DNA of 64,000 nt. Origin: Dictyostelium discoideum (Eukaryota). The number at the start of each line of letters is the position of its first letter. The first letter of the stretch is position 1. Under the pieces are notes generated by a model. It did not search any database. It saw only the letters and a list, made by a program, of their open reading frames with translations, and was not told the origin of the DNA. Below are positions 12,137 through 24,368 of the stretch, piece by piece. The DNA is taken from the NCBI GenBank assembly GCA_000004695.1, contig CM000151.3, forward strand, positions 7,232,001 through 7,296,000, read 5' to 3'. The position numbers were made by a program, and so were the translations under genes.

Positions 12137-12795
12137 TCTTTTTTAAATTTTAAATTTTTAATTTTTTTTTTTTTTTTTTTTTTCCTAGATAAATAATAAT
12201 AATAAAAAAAAAAAAAAAAAAGGTGAAAATAAGAATTTTATGAAACTAAAAAAAATGAAACAAACCAAAACAAAAAATAAAAAAATAAAAAAAAAAAAGT
12301 GATTGGAAACTGACAAAAAAAAAAAAAAAACACAAAAAATAAAAAAAAATAAAAAAAAAATAATTTTTTAAAATTTAAAAAGCTTTTGAAGTTTCTTTGC
12401 TCAGTGTTCTTTTGTTTTAAATTTCCCATCATAAATATCTTCAAAAAATTTATTATTTTAAAAGAAAAAATAATATCTTGGTTTATTATTTTTTTTTAAT
12501 AATTTTTTTTTTTTTTTTTTTTTTTTTTTGGAATTATAATAATTTGTTGAAAAAATTTGCAAATTTTGTTTTTAATTTAACTTTGAAGTCCAAGCAAATA
12601 TTTGCTTTTAAAAAAAAACAAAAAATTATTAATAAAAGTAGTGTGGAATTGAAAACTTTTTCCTAATTATTTCATTCCACAAACAAATACAAAAACAAAT
12701 GATAAATAGGGATTTATTATTTTAATATTTGGTCAAACTTTTCTTTTTCTTTTTTTTTTTATAATTTTATTAATCGATTTTTTTTTTTTTTTGAT

Positions 12796-12829
<34 letters not shown>

Positions 12830-13666
12830 GTAGTTAAACAATTTTTTTTTTTTGTGAAACCAAATTATAAAAAAAAAAAAATAAAGTGAAAATAAAATAA
12901 AAAAAGACAAATAATATTTTATTTATTTTTTTAAAAATAATAATAAAAATAAAATTAAAATTAAAAATAAAAATAAAAATAAAAAAAGATAAAAAAAAAA
13001 AAATAATTACCCTGTCACAATCAATTAAATAATTAGATACAAAAAAATAAAAAATAAAAAATAATAAAAAAAAAAAAAAATAAAAATAATAAGATAAGAA
13101 AGAAAAAAAGAAATTAAAAAAAGAAAATGTAAATCTTAAGGATTGATTGAGTTTTTTATTTTTTTTATTTTTTTTTTATTTTTTTTTTTATTTTTTTAAA
13201 CTTTTTTTTTTTTTTTTAAAAAAAAATTAATTTTTTTTTTTTTTTTTAACATTTTCAAATAAATAAATTATCTCGCACACTCCACAAATCGCCACTCATA
13301 TTAACATTTATTTTTATTATTAACAATAATTGTTAAGTTGGAATATAATTTAATTCATAAAGCCAAAGAAAATTAATATAACTGGCATTTTCTTTTCAAT
13401 TTAATTTTAAATCACTCACACACACTCACATAATTATGTGTGTGTAATAAAAGAATAATAATAAAAAAAATAAAAAATAAAATAAAATAATAAAAAAATA
13501 AAATAAAAATAAAATAATTAATCATTTTTTTTTTTTTTTTTTTTTTTCTATATAATAAAAAAAAAAGTTGTACACACAAACCCTAAATAATAATTTTTTA
13601 GTCTATTTTTAGTTTCCATATAAAGAAAAAAAAAAATAAAATAACTAAAAAAAAAAAACAAATAAA

Positions 13667-13668
13667 AC

Positions 13669-13741
<73 letters not shown>

Positions 13742-13780
13742 AATTGTATAATAAAAAAACACACACACACACACACACAC
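13667..13780. repeat. (CAA)n microsatellite of about 25 units, followed by (AC)n.
   Basis: Runs of ACAACAACAA.. and ACACACACAC are directly visible in the 5' region of the RasGEF gene. Confidence 0.9.
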
Positions 13781-13853
13781 AAGTAACATACACATTCTTA
13801 AATATAAATATAAATAATTAACTAAATAAAGTAAATAAAGTAAATAAAATAAA

Positions 13854-15870
13854 ATGTCAAATACAAATATAAATGTACAATCATCAACCCCAAAGAAAAG
13901 TTTAGGGTCATCACAATACTCACTTGCTGGTTCATCAAGTAGTAACCTAAATAATATTAATAATAATAATAACAACAACAACAATAATAATAATAATAGT
14001 ACTGGACAAGAAAATAGTATTGATGATAGTGGAAGTTCATCATTTGTAAACTTTCCAGCATCAGAATGGTTATCTAAAGCAATGCATAAACATCCAGATA
14101 TATTAGAACTTCGTGAAAGAACTAGACCAATCACACAAGTTAAATCATATTCTAGAAATAAACGATCAAGTAAAACCGAAGCATCACATTCAATCAATGA
14201 TACAATGTTATTGAAATTGATTATGCAATATTTTCACGAAGAGAATTTAACCACATCATTAAAAAAGATTCAAGAGGAAACTAAAGTTCAATTCACACCA
14301 AACGAAGTTGATAAAGATTCATTAGAGAATTTACTCAGAATTGGTATAAAGGATACCAATTGGTTTGGACCATTGGAAGATATAGAGGATGCAGATCCAG
14401 AGGTTGAAACTTACCATTCCTATATCTCTGAAGATTCTCTAAATGAAAATGGTTTAGAAGGTGAAGGTAACCTAATTGAAGATCGTTATGATGAATCTCA
14501 AATAAGTAGAAATCCTGATGGTACAATTAAAGCTGCAACATTTAATAGATTATTATTATGGTTAATTGGTAATTTTAATGGTCCTGGTATGGTTATTATT
14601 AATTATTATTAATTATTATTTATTATTTAATACAATGTATATTAATATTTTATTTTTTAATTTTTTATTTTTATTATTTTTATTATAGATGTAAATGAAT
14701 TTAAAAAAATATTCTTTTTAACATATCCATCATTTACAACAGCGGAAGCAATATTAAATAAATTTACACAAATCTATCAATTATTTGATAATATTGAATC
14801 AGCTCAAGTAATTTGTTTTATTAGATTTTGGATCGAACAACATCCAACAGATTTCAATGAAAAACTATTAGCAATTTTAAATAATTTTATTGAACATCAA
14901 GTTGCAGCTTCACATGCTAAACAATTACGTGCAGTTATTAATCTTAAAATTGTAATTGACTATAATTAATTAATTAATTAATTTATAAATTATATATTAA
15001 TATTAATATTATTATTATTATTATTATTATTTTATAAAAAAAAAAAAATAGGAAAATTATAAAGAAGCTAGAAAAGAAATTAAAGATCCACCAGAACCAA
15101 AAGTACCAAAAAATATATTTTCACCAACTTTAACATTTGATGATATTGATGAGGAAGAGATAGCAAGACAGTTATGTTGTATTGATTTTGCATTGTATGA
15201 ATTGATTAAACCATCAGAATTTTTAATCAAGGGTTGGACCAAACCACAATATAGAAATAAGGCAGTGAATCTATTGAATATGATGAGAAGATTCAATGAT
15301 TTCACTAAATGGATAGCAGCATCGATTTTAAATGAACAAAATTCAAAGGGTCGTTCGAAATTATTGGGTAGATTTTTAAAGATTTCCGAACATTTACGAG
15401 CAAATAATAATTTCCATTCATTGATGGCAATTTATGGTGGCATTAATAACACTCATGTTTTTAGAACCAAGGCAATTCGTAAGGATCTCTCTAGACAGCA
15501 ACAAGAGACCTATGCAGAGTTGGAGAAATTGTTTGCAAGTGAGAATAGTTTTAGAAATTATAGAATAGCTTACAAGGATGCTAAACCACCTTGTATCCCT
15601 TTCCTTGGTATTCATTTACGTGATTTGGCATTTGTCGATGAATCAAATCCCGATAGAATTAATAATCTCTTAAATTTAAACAAACGTCGTGTCATTTGGA
15701 GAGTCATCGTCAACACTATGCGTTATCAACCAATTCCTTATTACTTTTTAAAGGTTCATCAAATTTCTTTGTTTTTAACTGAATTAAAAACTGAATCCGA
15801 ACAACCTCAATTAACTTTAGATTTATCTTCTCATGATACTGTATTACCAAGTTCACCATCTTCAAAATAA
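13854..15870 (+). CDS. Ras guanine-nucleotide exchange factor with LisH, RasGEF-N (REM) and CDC25-homology domains. Three exons, approx 13854-14586, 14689-14951 and 15052-15870, about 604 aa.
   Basis: A LisH-like motif is present (TMLLKLIMQYFHEENLTTSLKKIQEE). The REM domain reads AATFNRLLLWLIGNFNGP|DVNEFKKIFFLTYPSFTTAE.. and the CDC25 domain reads FDDIDEEEIARQLCCIDFALYELIKPSEFL...FLGIHLRDLAFVDE. Donors are gtatgg and gtaatt. Intron phases 1 and 0 were verified. Confidence 0.88.
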
Positions 15871-16008
15871 AAATTAAATTAAATTAAATTAAATTAAATA
15901 AATAAATAATAAATTATATATAATATAAAATTAATATAAAATAAAATAAAATAAAAAAAAAAAAAAAAAAAAAAAAAATGATATGGTACATTATAAAAAA
16001 GAATCAAG

Positions 16009-16192
<184 letters not shown>

Positions 16193-16196
16193 ATTT

Positions 16197-16281
16197 TTAA
16201 TTATGACTTGAATGAATAATAGGTGGACAAATTAATGCAAATTGAATTTGTTCAGATTGATTCTTTTCTTTTTGTTTTTCT

Positions 16282-16338
<57 letters not shown>

Positions 16339-17372
16339 GCCTCACAATTATTTTCATTTTGTTGTTGTTGTTGTTGTTGTTTTTCTTGAGTAATTTCATC
16401 CCAAATCTCTTGTAAAGATATGAAAGCTGAAAGTGCACCACAACCACCAATATATCCATCATTTTCAATTTCATATATTGAACAAATACATAAACCAAAT
16501 TCAGCGATTGCACTAATCAATGATTTAATTTCATTTGTTCTATTATTTCTTAAAATTATTAATGTTTCTTTATTTTCCTTATATTCTTCATCTTCTTCTT
16601 CTTCTTCAATTTTTTGTTGTTTCTCTTTATTTATTTTATTTTTATTTTTTAATTTTAAAATTTGAATTATTGTATTAATTAAACCATAAATAATTCTAAT
16701 TATAAAAACTACTAAACTATAAACCCAAACGAAATTTGAAACTTTACAAACTAAATCCATAAATTTATCAGTAACTTGAAAGATTTTAATTCTTGTACCC
16801 CAAAATATTATATCATTAAGTTCTGATATAAAATTAAATGAATGGTCAATTAATTCTAGTGTATTTAAAAATGATGTACTAATATTTGTAAATGATTTAA
16901 GTGTATTTAGAATTTGACGTTTTCTAGTTAAATTTTGGTTCTCTTTTATCTCTTGATTTTGTTTATCTTTAAATTGTTTCAATGATTCAATTAAATTTTG
17001 AAAAAATTCTACTAAATTATTAAATTCTCTAAAGAATCCAAATAATCTAAACACAATTCTTGCATCACAAAAACTTGATTCTAATGATTTTAATCTTTCT
17101 TTAACTAATTTATCATTAAATTTGTTTGATTTAAATAAAATAGTTTCTAAAATTTTTATTATTCTTTTATTATTATTATTATTGACATTATTATTAATTC
17201 TTTTTTTTTTTCTTTTATCGATAAATGTATTTAATAATCTGGTTATATATTTTTTATCAACAAAATGATGTAAAAGTTGACTAAAGTATTGTATAAATTT
17301 AAATACTTTATCTCTTCCATCTAATGAATTAAAAACACTAATAATTTTATCATTAAATTCTAATATATTCAT
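16197..17372 (-). CDS. PEX11-family peroxisomal membrane protein with low-complexity Asn/Gln/Glu inserts. Single-exon ORF of 391 aa.
   Basis: The N-terminal motif FNSLDGRDKVFKFIQYFSQLL matches the Pex11 signature (..DGREK..R..QY). The C-terminus has an amphipathic/TM segment (LISAIAEFGLCICSIYEIENDGYIGGCGALSAFISLQEIW). ATG was verified at 17372. Confidence 0.65.
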
Positions 17373-17407
17373 ATGTTTTTATAAATAGCTATGTGAAATG
17401 AATTTTG

Positions 17408-17438
<31 letters not shown>

Positions 17439-17626
17439 GATAAGGGAAAAAAAAAAAAAGTGAAAATGTGAAAAACCATCGTTTTTTATTATTATTTATT
17501 TTTATTTTTTTTTTATAAATAAATATCTAATAAAAAAAAAAAAAAAAAATCTATTATTTACAAATTTAATTTTTTTTTTTTTTTTATTTTTTTTTTTTTT
17601 ATTTAATATTTTTTTAAAATATCTGT

Positions 17627-18930
17627 TCAAATATCTCCTTCTTTTGAAATTGTAGAATCACTTTTTTCTATATTACTATTATTGGAATCAGTGATATTAT
17701 TTGAAAGTTTTTCTAATTTATTTGATATATTTTTACTGTTCTTGGAATTTGATTTTGTTTCTTTTGTAAAATCAGATGAATCATCTTTCCTTATTTTTTT
17801 TATTGCTCTTAAAAATATATAATCCCAAAATGAGTTTCCTAATACATACATTATTACAATCATTTGAGAAGTATCACATATTCCTGTAAGAAAATTTGAA
17901 ATTATCATCTGTTTTTTAAAAAAAAAGATAAAAAAAAAAAATTAAAAAAAAAAATAAATATACTTGTTTTTAAACTTAAAAATTAAATTGAATTAAATAA
18001 AATCAAAAAATAATTATTACATCTCTATAAGGTTCAGGATCTCTTGGTTCAAAAAAGTTAATTACAATATCTTGAGCTAAAACCACTATAATACAAATTA
18101 TAATTGTATAAACTAATAATTTTGATTTATAAATCATTTGTTTATAACTTTCTTGATATTTTGAAGTTTTAGATGATAGTTTCATTCTTTTTACTAAAAT
18201 TGAACCAAAAATAATTTGGGATGAAAAAAATATTGCTAAAAATACTAACATTCCAATCGCTTCAAGAATTGCAAGAGTATCATCCATTAAAAATAAAATT
18301 GAAATTGGAACTTGCCAACAGAAATAAATTGTTACAATTGAAAATGAAAATATATAAATCTTTTTTGTACTTCTAGTTCTAATTTCTTTAGATATAAAAA
18401 ATTGGTATAAGAGTTGTAACCATAATGAACCTAAAAAAGACCAACTAACAAAAACGAACCAAATTCCCCATCTTTTCCATATTCAATTTAGTTTTTAATT
18501 TTTCATTAATTTCTAAACCTTTTTTTTTTTTTTAATTTTTTTTTAAATATTTAAATTAATAACATACGAAAAGAAAAAATAAAACACTGTACCAACTTGC
18601 CAATTATCTGGATAAGCAATAAATAGAGCAGAAAAAACTACTCTTGTTGCGCAAAATAATGTCATACACAGAAATACAAAAAATTTGGTGTTTAACATGT
18701 TTTTATTAATTAATTTCTCTTTACCTTCATGAAATACTTGAGCTCCTATTATTTTTTTAATTTAATAATTATATTTTTTATTTTTTAATTAATTTATTAA
18801 TTTATTATTTATTTTTTTATATATATAATTTCTTCATACCATTAATCAATGTAAAAGCGAAATATACAACCAATTTACAAACAAACATTGCCATTGCTAT
18901 TTTCTTTTCATGATTTGGAATTTCCCCCAT
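17627..18930 (-). CDS. Seven-transmembrane protein, paralog 2 of a tandem pair. Four exons, approx 18840-18930, 18568-18745, 18021-18471 and 17627-17908, about 333 aa.
   Basis: The spliced product is MGEIPNHEKKIAMAMFVCKLVVYFAFTLING|GAQVFHEGKEKLINKNMLNTKFFVFLCMTLFCATRVVFSALFIAYPDNWQVGTVFYFFFS|WGIWFVFVSWSFLGSLW...ILEAIGMLVFLAIFF...EPRDPEPYRD|MIISNFLTGICDTSQMIVIMYVLGNSF.., with seven hydrophobic helices. Donors are gtatga, gtatgt and gtaata. Intron phases are consistent. Confidence 0.65.
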
Positions 18931-19218
18931 TTTTTTCTTTATTATTTAGAGTAAAATAAAATAAAAAAAATTTATTATTTTATTATTTTTTTTTTCTATT
19001 TTTGTTTTTTATTTTTATTAAAAGAGGTAATGATTTGTGGCAGTATTTTTTTTTTTTTAAAAAAAAAAAATAAAAAAAGAAAAAATAAAAAAAATAAAAA
19101 TTAAAATAAAATAACAGAAAGTGTGAAATCTCATTGTGAATCGAAACTGTTTCGTGGTAGGCGATCACTTTTTTTTTTTTAAAAATTTTTTAAAAATAAA
19201 AAAATGGGTTTTGATTTT

Positions 19219-19276
<58 letters not shown>

Positions 19277-19358
19277 ATTTTCGAATTATCTCGGAATTAG
19301 ATTTAAGCACCTCCTCCCTTCAGTATTAGCAGTGAATTATTTTTTATTTTTTTATTAT

Positions 19359-20516
19359 TTACATAACATTATTAATAGTATCATCAGTTGAAACTTTACT
19401 ATTATTATTTTCACTATTTATTGATATAGTATTACTTTCATTACTTTCATTTGATTTTACAGTTGGTAAAGATACCGGTAATGAATTTAAACTACTACCA
19501 CCAATAACAATATGATTTTTTTGTTTTTCAATTCTTTTAAATTTGAAATAATTTTTAAAAGAAAGTTCACCCATTACAAAAATTACCATTATCATTTGAA
19601 ATGAGTCAGCAATTCCCACAATGAAATTACTTATTATCATATAAACATATGGTTGAGGATTTTGTGGTAAAATAAAATTTATTACTATATCTTGTACTAC
19701 TACAACTATAATTACAATGATAATTGTTGATAGTAATATCTTTGATTTTAAAATCATCTTTTTATAGAAATCTTCATATTGTGCTTTTTTTGAAGATTTC
19801 TTCATTCTTCCAACTAATATCCAACCATTAATTGCAACAGCTAATGAATATACACTTATAAATACAACCATTCCTATTGCCTCTAAAATTGCAATAGAAT
19901 TATCCATTAAAAATATAATTTGAATAATAATTTGCCAACATAGATAAATACCAACTAAAATTGAAGAAATATAATAAATCTTTTTTATATTATTAGAACT
20001 CTTTGTTTTCATTTTTTTAGAAAGAAAGAATTGATATACAATTTGGGCCCATAATGATCCTAAAAAACTCCATTCTTAAAATTTTTAAAATTTTTAAAAT
20101 TTTAAAATTATTAATAATTAATTTATTTTATTTATTTTTTCAAATTAGATTGATACCTTACCACAAAATACAAAAAATACTCCATAAGAGAACCAAAAAT
20201 AGTGCCAAGTACCAACTTTCCAATCGTTAGGGAAAATTACAAATAATACTGAAAATATAACTCTTGTTAAACAAAAAAGAAATAAACAAAGGAATATTAT
20301 AAATTTTGTATTTACCATATTCCTTACAACAACAATTGACTTTCTTTCATGCCAAACTTGGAAACCTTTATATTAAATCATATATTAAAATTTATTATTT
20401 TATTAAATTATTATTTTTTAATTTAATTTATCTTTACCATTCAAAACCATGAAAATAAAATAAAAAACTATTTTAAAAATAAAAAGTGTATAGGCTATCT
20501 TTTCTTCATGATTCAT
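19359..20516 (-). CDS. Seven-transmembrane protein, paralog 1 of the tandem pair. Three exons, approx 20438-20516, 20162-20365 and 19359-20074, about 332 aa.
   Basis: The spliced product is MNHEEKIAYTLFIFKIVFYFIFMVLNG|GFQVWHERKSIVVVRNMVNTKFIIFLCLFLFCLTRVIFSVLFVIFPNDWKVGTWHYFWFSYGVFFVFCG|EWSFLGSLWAQIVYQFF...ILEAIGMVVFISVYS...LPQNPQPYVYMIISNFIVGIADSFQMIMVIFVMG.. with seven TM helices and a Ser/Asn-rich tail. It is about 45% identical to paralog 2. Confidence 0.7.
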
Positions 20517-20670
20517 CTTTGATTCATAAAATAAATAAAATAAATATAATAAAAAAATAAAAAAAAAAAAAAAATGAGAAAAAAAAAAAAAAATATTAAA
20601 AAATAAAAATAGATTTGCGTTGATGAAAAAAAAAATCAAAAAAATATTTGAAATTAAATTCGATTTGAGA

Positions 20671-20710
<40 letters not shown>

Positions 20711-20735
20711 TGTTAAATATTTATCTATTTATTTT

Positions 20736-20769
<34 letters not shown>

Positions 20770-21368
20770 AAATAAACTAAATTTGTGACATACGTGGTGA
20801 CATTCATATATTGAATTATCTTCTGTGAGATACGATACATACTCAATTAAATGATAAGTGTTACTTAAAAGAGCTCGATAATCACATTTAAAAATAGTAT
20901 TTATATCAGTTTTTGAAATATTTGTATACCAGAGGATTATTATTTTTAATTTTTTATTTTTTTTTTTTTTTTTTTTTCTCTAAGTAAAAAACCCTTATTT
21001 TAAAACATATATTTATTTTACCGATGTTTTTTTTATCAATATAATTTTTCAATAATTCTTGAATTTTATCATTATATGATTATTTTTCAAAATCTATTAT
21101 ATTTCATTTTTATCAATATCAATTGGTATTATTTTTTTATTAAGTTATTAAATTTCAAAATCACTTTTAAGTGATTAAGTACCCTAGTAAAATTTGTCAT
21201 AAAATGATGAATCTTCCTTTTTTTTTTTTCCCGTGTAATATTCTAATTTTTTTTTATTTTTTAATACTAAAACTAGTAAAAGAATTATATATTATCACAA
21301 AGTTGGTTTTTTTTTTCTTTAATTTTTTATTTTATTTTATTTATTTTTTTTTTTTTTTTTGTGTACAG

Positions 21369-22244
21369 ATCACCCAAAGATACAGTATTCTTTTGTTTGG
21401 ATTGTAAATTAAAACCATGTTGTACTCAATGTACATCAAATAAAGGTGAACATCATGGTCATAGAACTGATTCATTAGAATTAGTAAATACTCTTTCAGT
21501 ATTGGAACATACTCAAGATATAATGGATAGACTTATAACTTCTTCAATTAAAGATAAGAATGAATTACTTAAAATATTAGTTTATAATTATAATAATGAA
21601 TATCATAATAAAGAGATCTTTGAAAAATTTAATGAAATTTCAAAATTTAATGATCAACAAATTTTTAATAATGAAGATTGTTTTAATGTTCATGGAGATA
21701 CAATTAAAACTATTAAATGTAAGCTTTATACAGTTTTTTTTTTTTTTTTTTTTTAATAAATTATTTTAACATTTCATTCTAATTATTACTAAATATAGTT
21801 AACAATTTAAACTTTAATATTTATAAAGAGGGTGATATTCTTAATTTTAAGGAGAATGTGGGTATAGAATTCAAAGACAATTCTATAAAAAATCAATTAC
21901 CATCAAGTGTAATGCTCTTGGATGGATTCAATCAAAAATTAACACCAGGTATATTACCAGATCATATTAAATGGTTGCATTTAGGTGATATTAAACAAGA
22001 ATTAATTGTTGGCTCAATTCCTAATACTGTGACTCATGTCACTTTATTTGATGGATTTAATCTAAAATTAACACCAGGTATATTGCCAAATTGTCTTGAA
22101 TCCTTGTATTTAGGTAATATTGGACAAGAATTTATGATTGGTTCCATTCCTAATACTGTGAAGAAAGTAAAAATTTCTGAAAATTTTAAACACCAAATTG
22201 AACCTTTTGTTTCAAAAAATGAAATAATAATTAAATTAGGTTGA
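21369..22244 (+). CDS. B-box zinc-finger plus FNIP-repeat protein (Dictyostelium FNIP family), 3' part. Exons approx 21369-21718 and 21799-22244. The initiator exon was not located.
   Basis: A B-box-like Cys/His cluster is present (FFCLDCKLKPCCTQCTSNKGEHHGH). Two FNIP repeats follow (LLDGFNQKLTPGILPDHIKWLHLGDIKQELIVGSIPNTVTHVTLFDGFNLKLTPGILPNCLESLYLGNIGQEFMIGSIPNTV). The donor is gtaagc and the phase-1 junction was verified. The exon at 21369 starts in phase 2 after acceptor ..gtgtacag with no in-frame ATG, so a short 5' exon must lie in 20.8-21.35 kb. Confidence 0.65.
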
Positions 22245-22557
22245 AGTTAAACAATTCCAATAAAAAAAATAAAAAAAAAATAAAAAAAAAATAAAAAAAA
22301 ATTAATAATTCTCTTTTATACAAATAAATTTTAAAACTGATTTAAAAAACTTATTTAAAATGTGAAGATGTAAGATTTTTAAGGTTGGTATTATTGATAT
22401 TATAATATATTGTTGTAAATTGTTTATAAAATTTATTATTTATTTTAATTTATTATTTTATTTATTTTTAATTTTTATTTTATTTTATTTTTTTAATTAA
22501 AAAAAAAAACTATAAGAATAAAAATAAAATGCAAAGAACTTAATTTGAATTAAATTA

Positions 22558-23694
22558 TCAATTTAATAATTTTGTTTTTTCATTTGGTTCTTGTTGTTGA
22601 CGTTGAGAAATAAAATTATTATTATTATTATTATTACTATTACTATTGTTGTTGTTATTATTATTATTATTATCGAAAAGATCACTACGACCATCATCAA
22701 TATTATTAATTGAAATATCAACACCTTCATTGGCACTATATAACATTGGTTTAAATTCATGAGGATTTAAAGCTTTATGTTGTAATAGGATTTCACAAAT
22801 TTCATCATCAGAAGTTTGATTAAAAGTAAAAGTATGAGATTTTACAAATCTTACAAAAACTGAACGATCTTGATACTTTTCATTGATAACATGATCAATT
22901 AAATCTTGATATTTGAAAATATCGAAAATGGTAATATTTTTAAATTGTTTAACGGTTGTATAGGAGAGGTGAGACATCATATTCTTGAAATCTAAATCAG
23001 AGAGTAAATTAACGTAGGCAATAAAGTACATTAGAGGGAAAAAGACATAGGTAAGGAAGAATTGAACGATTAGACTAATTGAACTAACCATATTTGTTCC
23101 AAATAAAAGATGAACGTTTAAACCGTTGCATGGCATATCGCCATATTGGTGGTTACGCCAGTAAACCCATACAAACTTTAGTCCCATAAATACAAGAATA
23201 TTAACAAATAGGAAAATGGTTAAACGCACCTCATGTTTCTTTTCACCTTCAATGAAAATTTTAGAAGTGGCTAAAATATTTTGAATTCTCTTTCTCTTTA
23301 AATATAATAAATAATCCAAAGTTAAATATAATATCACTTCTAATAAAAAGCAAATAAATGAAATTAATAAAATTAATCCAGAATATTGATCACCTTGTAA
23401 ACCAAATAGACTAACTGGGAAATTTAATGAATATTTTGAATCGGTATGGAAATATTCATTTAAACATTCTGGAACTCCTTCTATGAAACAATTATCTAAA
23501 GACATTGAATCCGTTGTACCATTTTTACCATTTCCAGAACATTCTACAATTGTCATTGTTGTAAATTCTTGATAAAATCCAACTTCCATAAAAACCATAA
23601 AACCTAATGTAATAATTCCAATAACTATAATTCTTACAATTGTAGGTTGAACTGTTTTTAAATAATTATTAAAATCAAATTTGAATTGATCCAT
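22558..23694 (-). CDS. Four-pass membrane protein (member a of a tandem triplicated family), 378 aa, single exon.
   Basis: ATG and stop were verified. The predicted topology has a short N-terminus (MDQFKFDFNNYLK) and TM1, followed by an extracellular loop of about 60 aa with 3 Cys. It continues with TM2, an intracellular KRKRIQ loop, TM3, a short extracellular loop with 1 Cys, and TM4. Last comes a 110-150 aa tail with conserved YLSDLDFK..M..LS and SEIxEILL motifs. The gene ends in poly-N. Confidence 0.8.
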   Translation of the reverse strand: MDQFKFDFNNYLKTVQPTIVRIIVIGIITLGFMVFMEVGFYQEFTTMTIVECSGNGKNGTTDSMSLDNCFIEGVPECLNEYFHTDSKYSLNFPVSLFGLQGDQYSGLILLISFICFLLEVILYLTLDYLLYLKRKRIQNILATSKIFIEGEKKHEVRLTIFLFVNILVFMGLKFVWVYWRNHQYGDMPCNGLNVHLLFGTNMVSSISLIVQFFLTYVFFPLMYFIAYVNLLSDLDFKNMMSHLSYTTVKQFKNITIFDIFKYQDLIDHVINEKYQDRSVFVRFVKSHTFTFNQTSDDEICEILLQHKALNPHEFKPMLYSANEGVDISINNIDDGRSDLFDNNNNNNNNNSNSNNNNNNNFISQRQQQEPNEKTKLLN

Positions 23695-24368
23695 TTTTTT
23701 TTTTTTTTTTTTTTTCTCTCCTCTCCTTTTTTATTTTATTTTTATATAAATACAATTATTTTTTTTTTATTTTTATTTTTATTTTATGTTTTCTTTTTTT
23801 TTTTTTTTTTTTTTTTGAATATGCTTTTTTTTTTTTTTTTTTTTTTTCTATTAATAAATTTTGGTTTAGTTTAGGGGAAAAAAAAAATAAATAATAATTA
23901 AATTAAATAAAATTTAATTAAAAAAAAAAAATATAATTAAATTTTTATTTTTTTTTATTTTTCCATAATTCTGTAACCTATAAATAAACTTTTTTAATCT
24001 CAATTACCACATGCAAGGTTATGATAAAAAAAATTTAATTCAAAAAAATTAAAATTTTTTTTTTTTTTAACACTGGTTCCAAAAATTGACACTTGATGAC
24101 GCCAACATTTTTTTTTTTCAAACACCAAACCACAAAACTAAAAAAAATATCTAACCCACTGGTTTTTTTTCAAACAACTTTTCCAATTATAACGGACAAA
24201 AATAATATCAATTTGAGCTTTGAAATGAAAAAAAATAAAAAAATAAAAAAAAAAATAAAATAAAAAAATAAAAAAATTTAAACATTGTTTTTTTTATTTG
24301 TTATTTATAGTTTATTTTATTTTTTTTTTTTTATATTAATATCTTACATATTTTTTTTTTTTTTTTTT

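Noticed and set aside
12137-13853. A gene in the 1.7-kb divergent spacer between the phospholipase B-like and RasGEF genes
   Set aside because: It is over 90% A+T with microsatellites, and contains no ORF with an ATG or plausible codon usage. It is consistent with a shared promoter region.
13548-14197. ORFs 13548-13793 and 13598-14197 on the minus strand (poly-V / poly-L proteins)
   Set aside because: They are translations of the (CAA)n/(AC)n microsatellites and antisense to the RasGEF first exon. Their composition is purely low-complexity.
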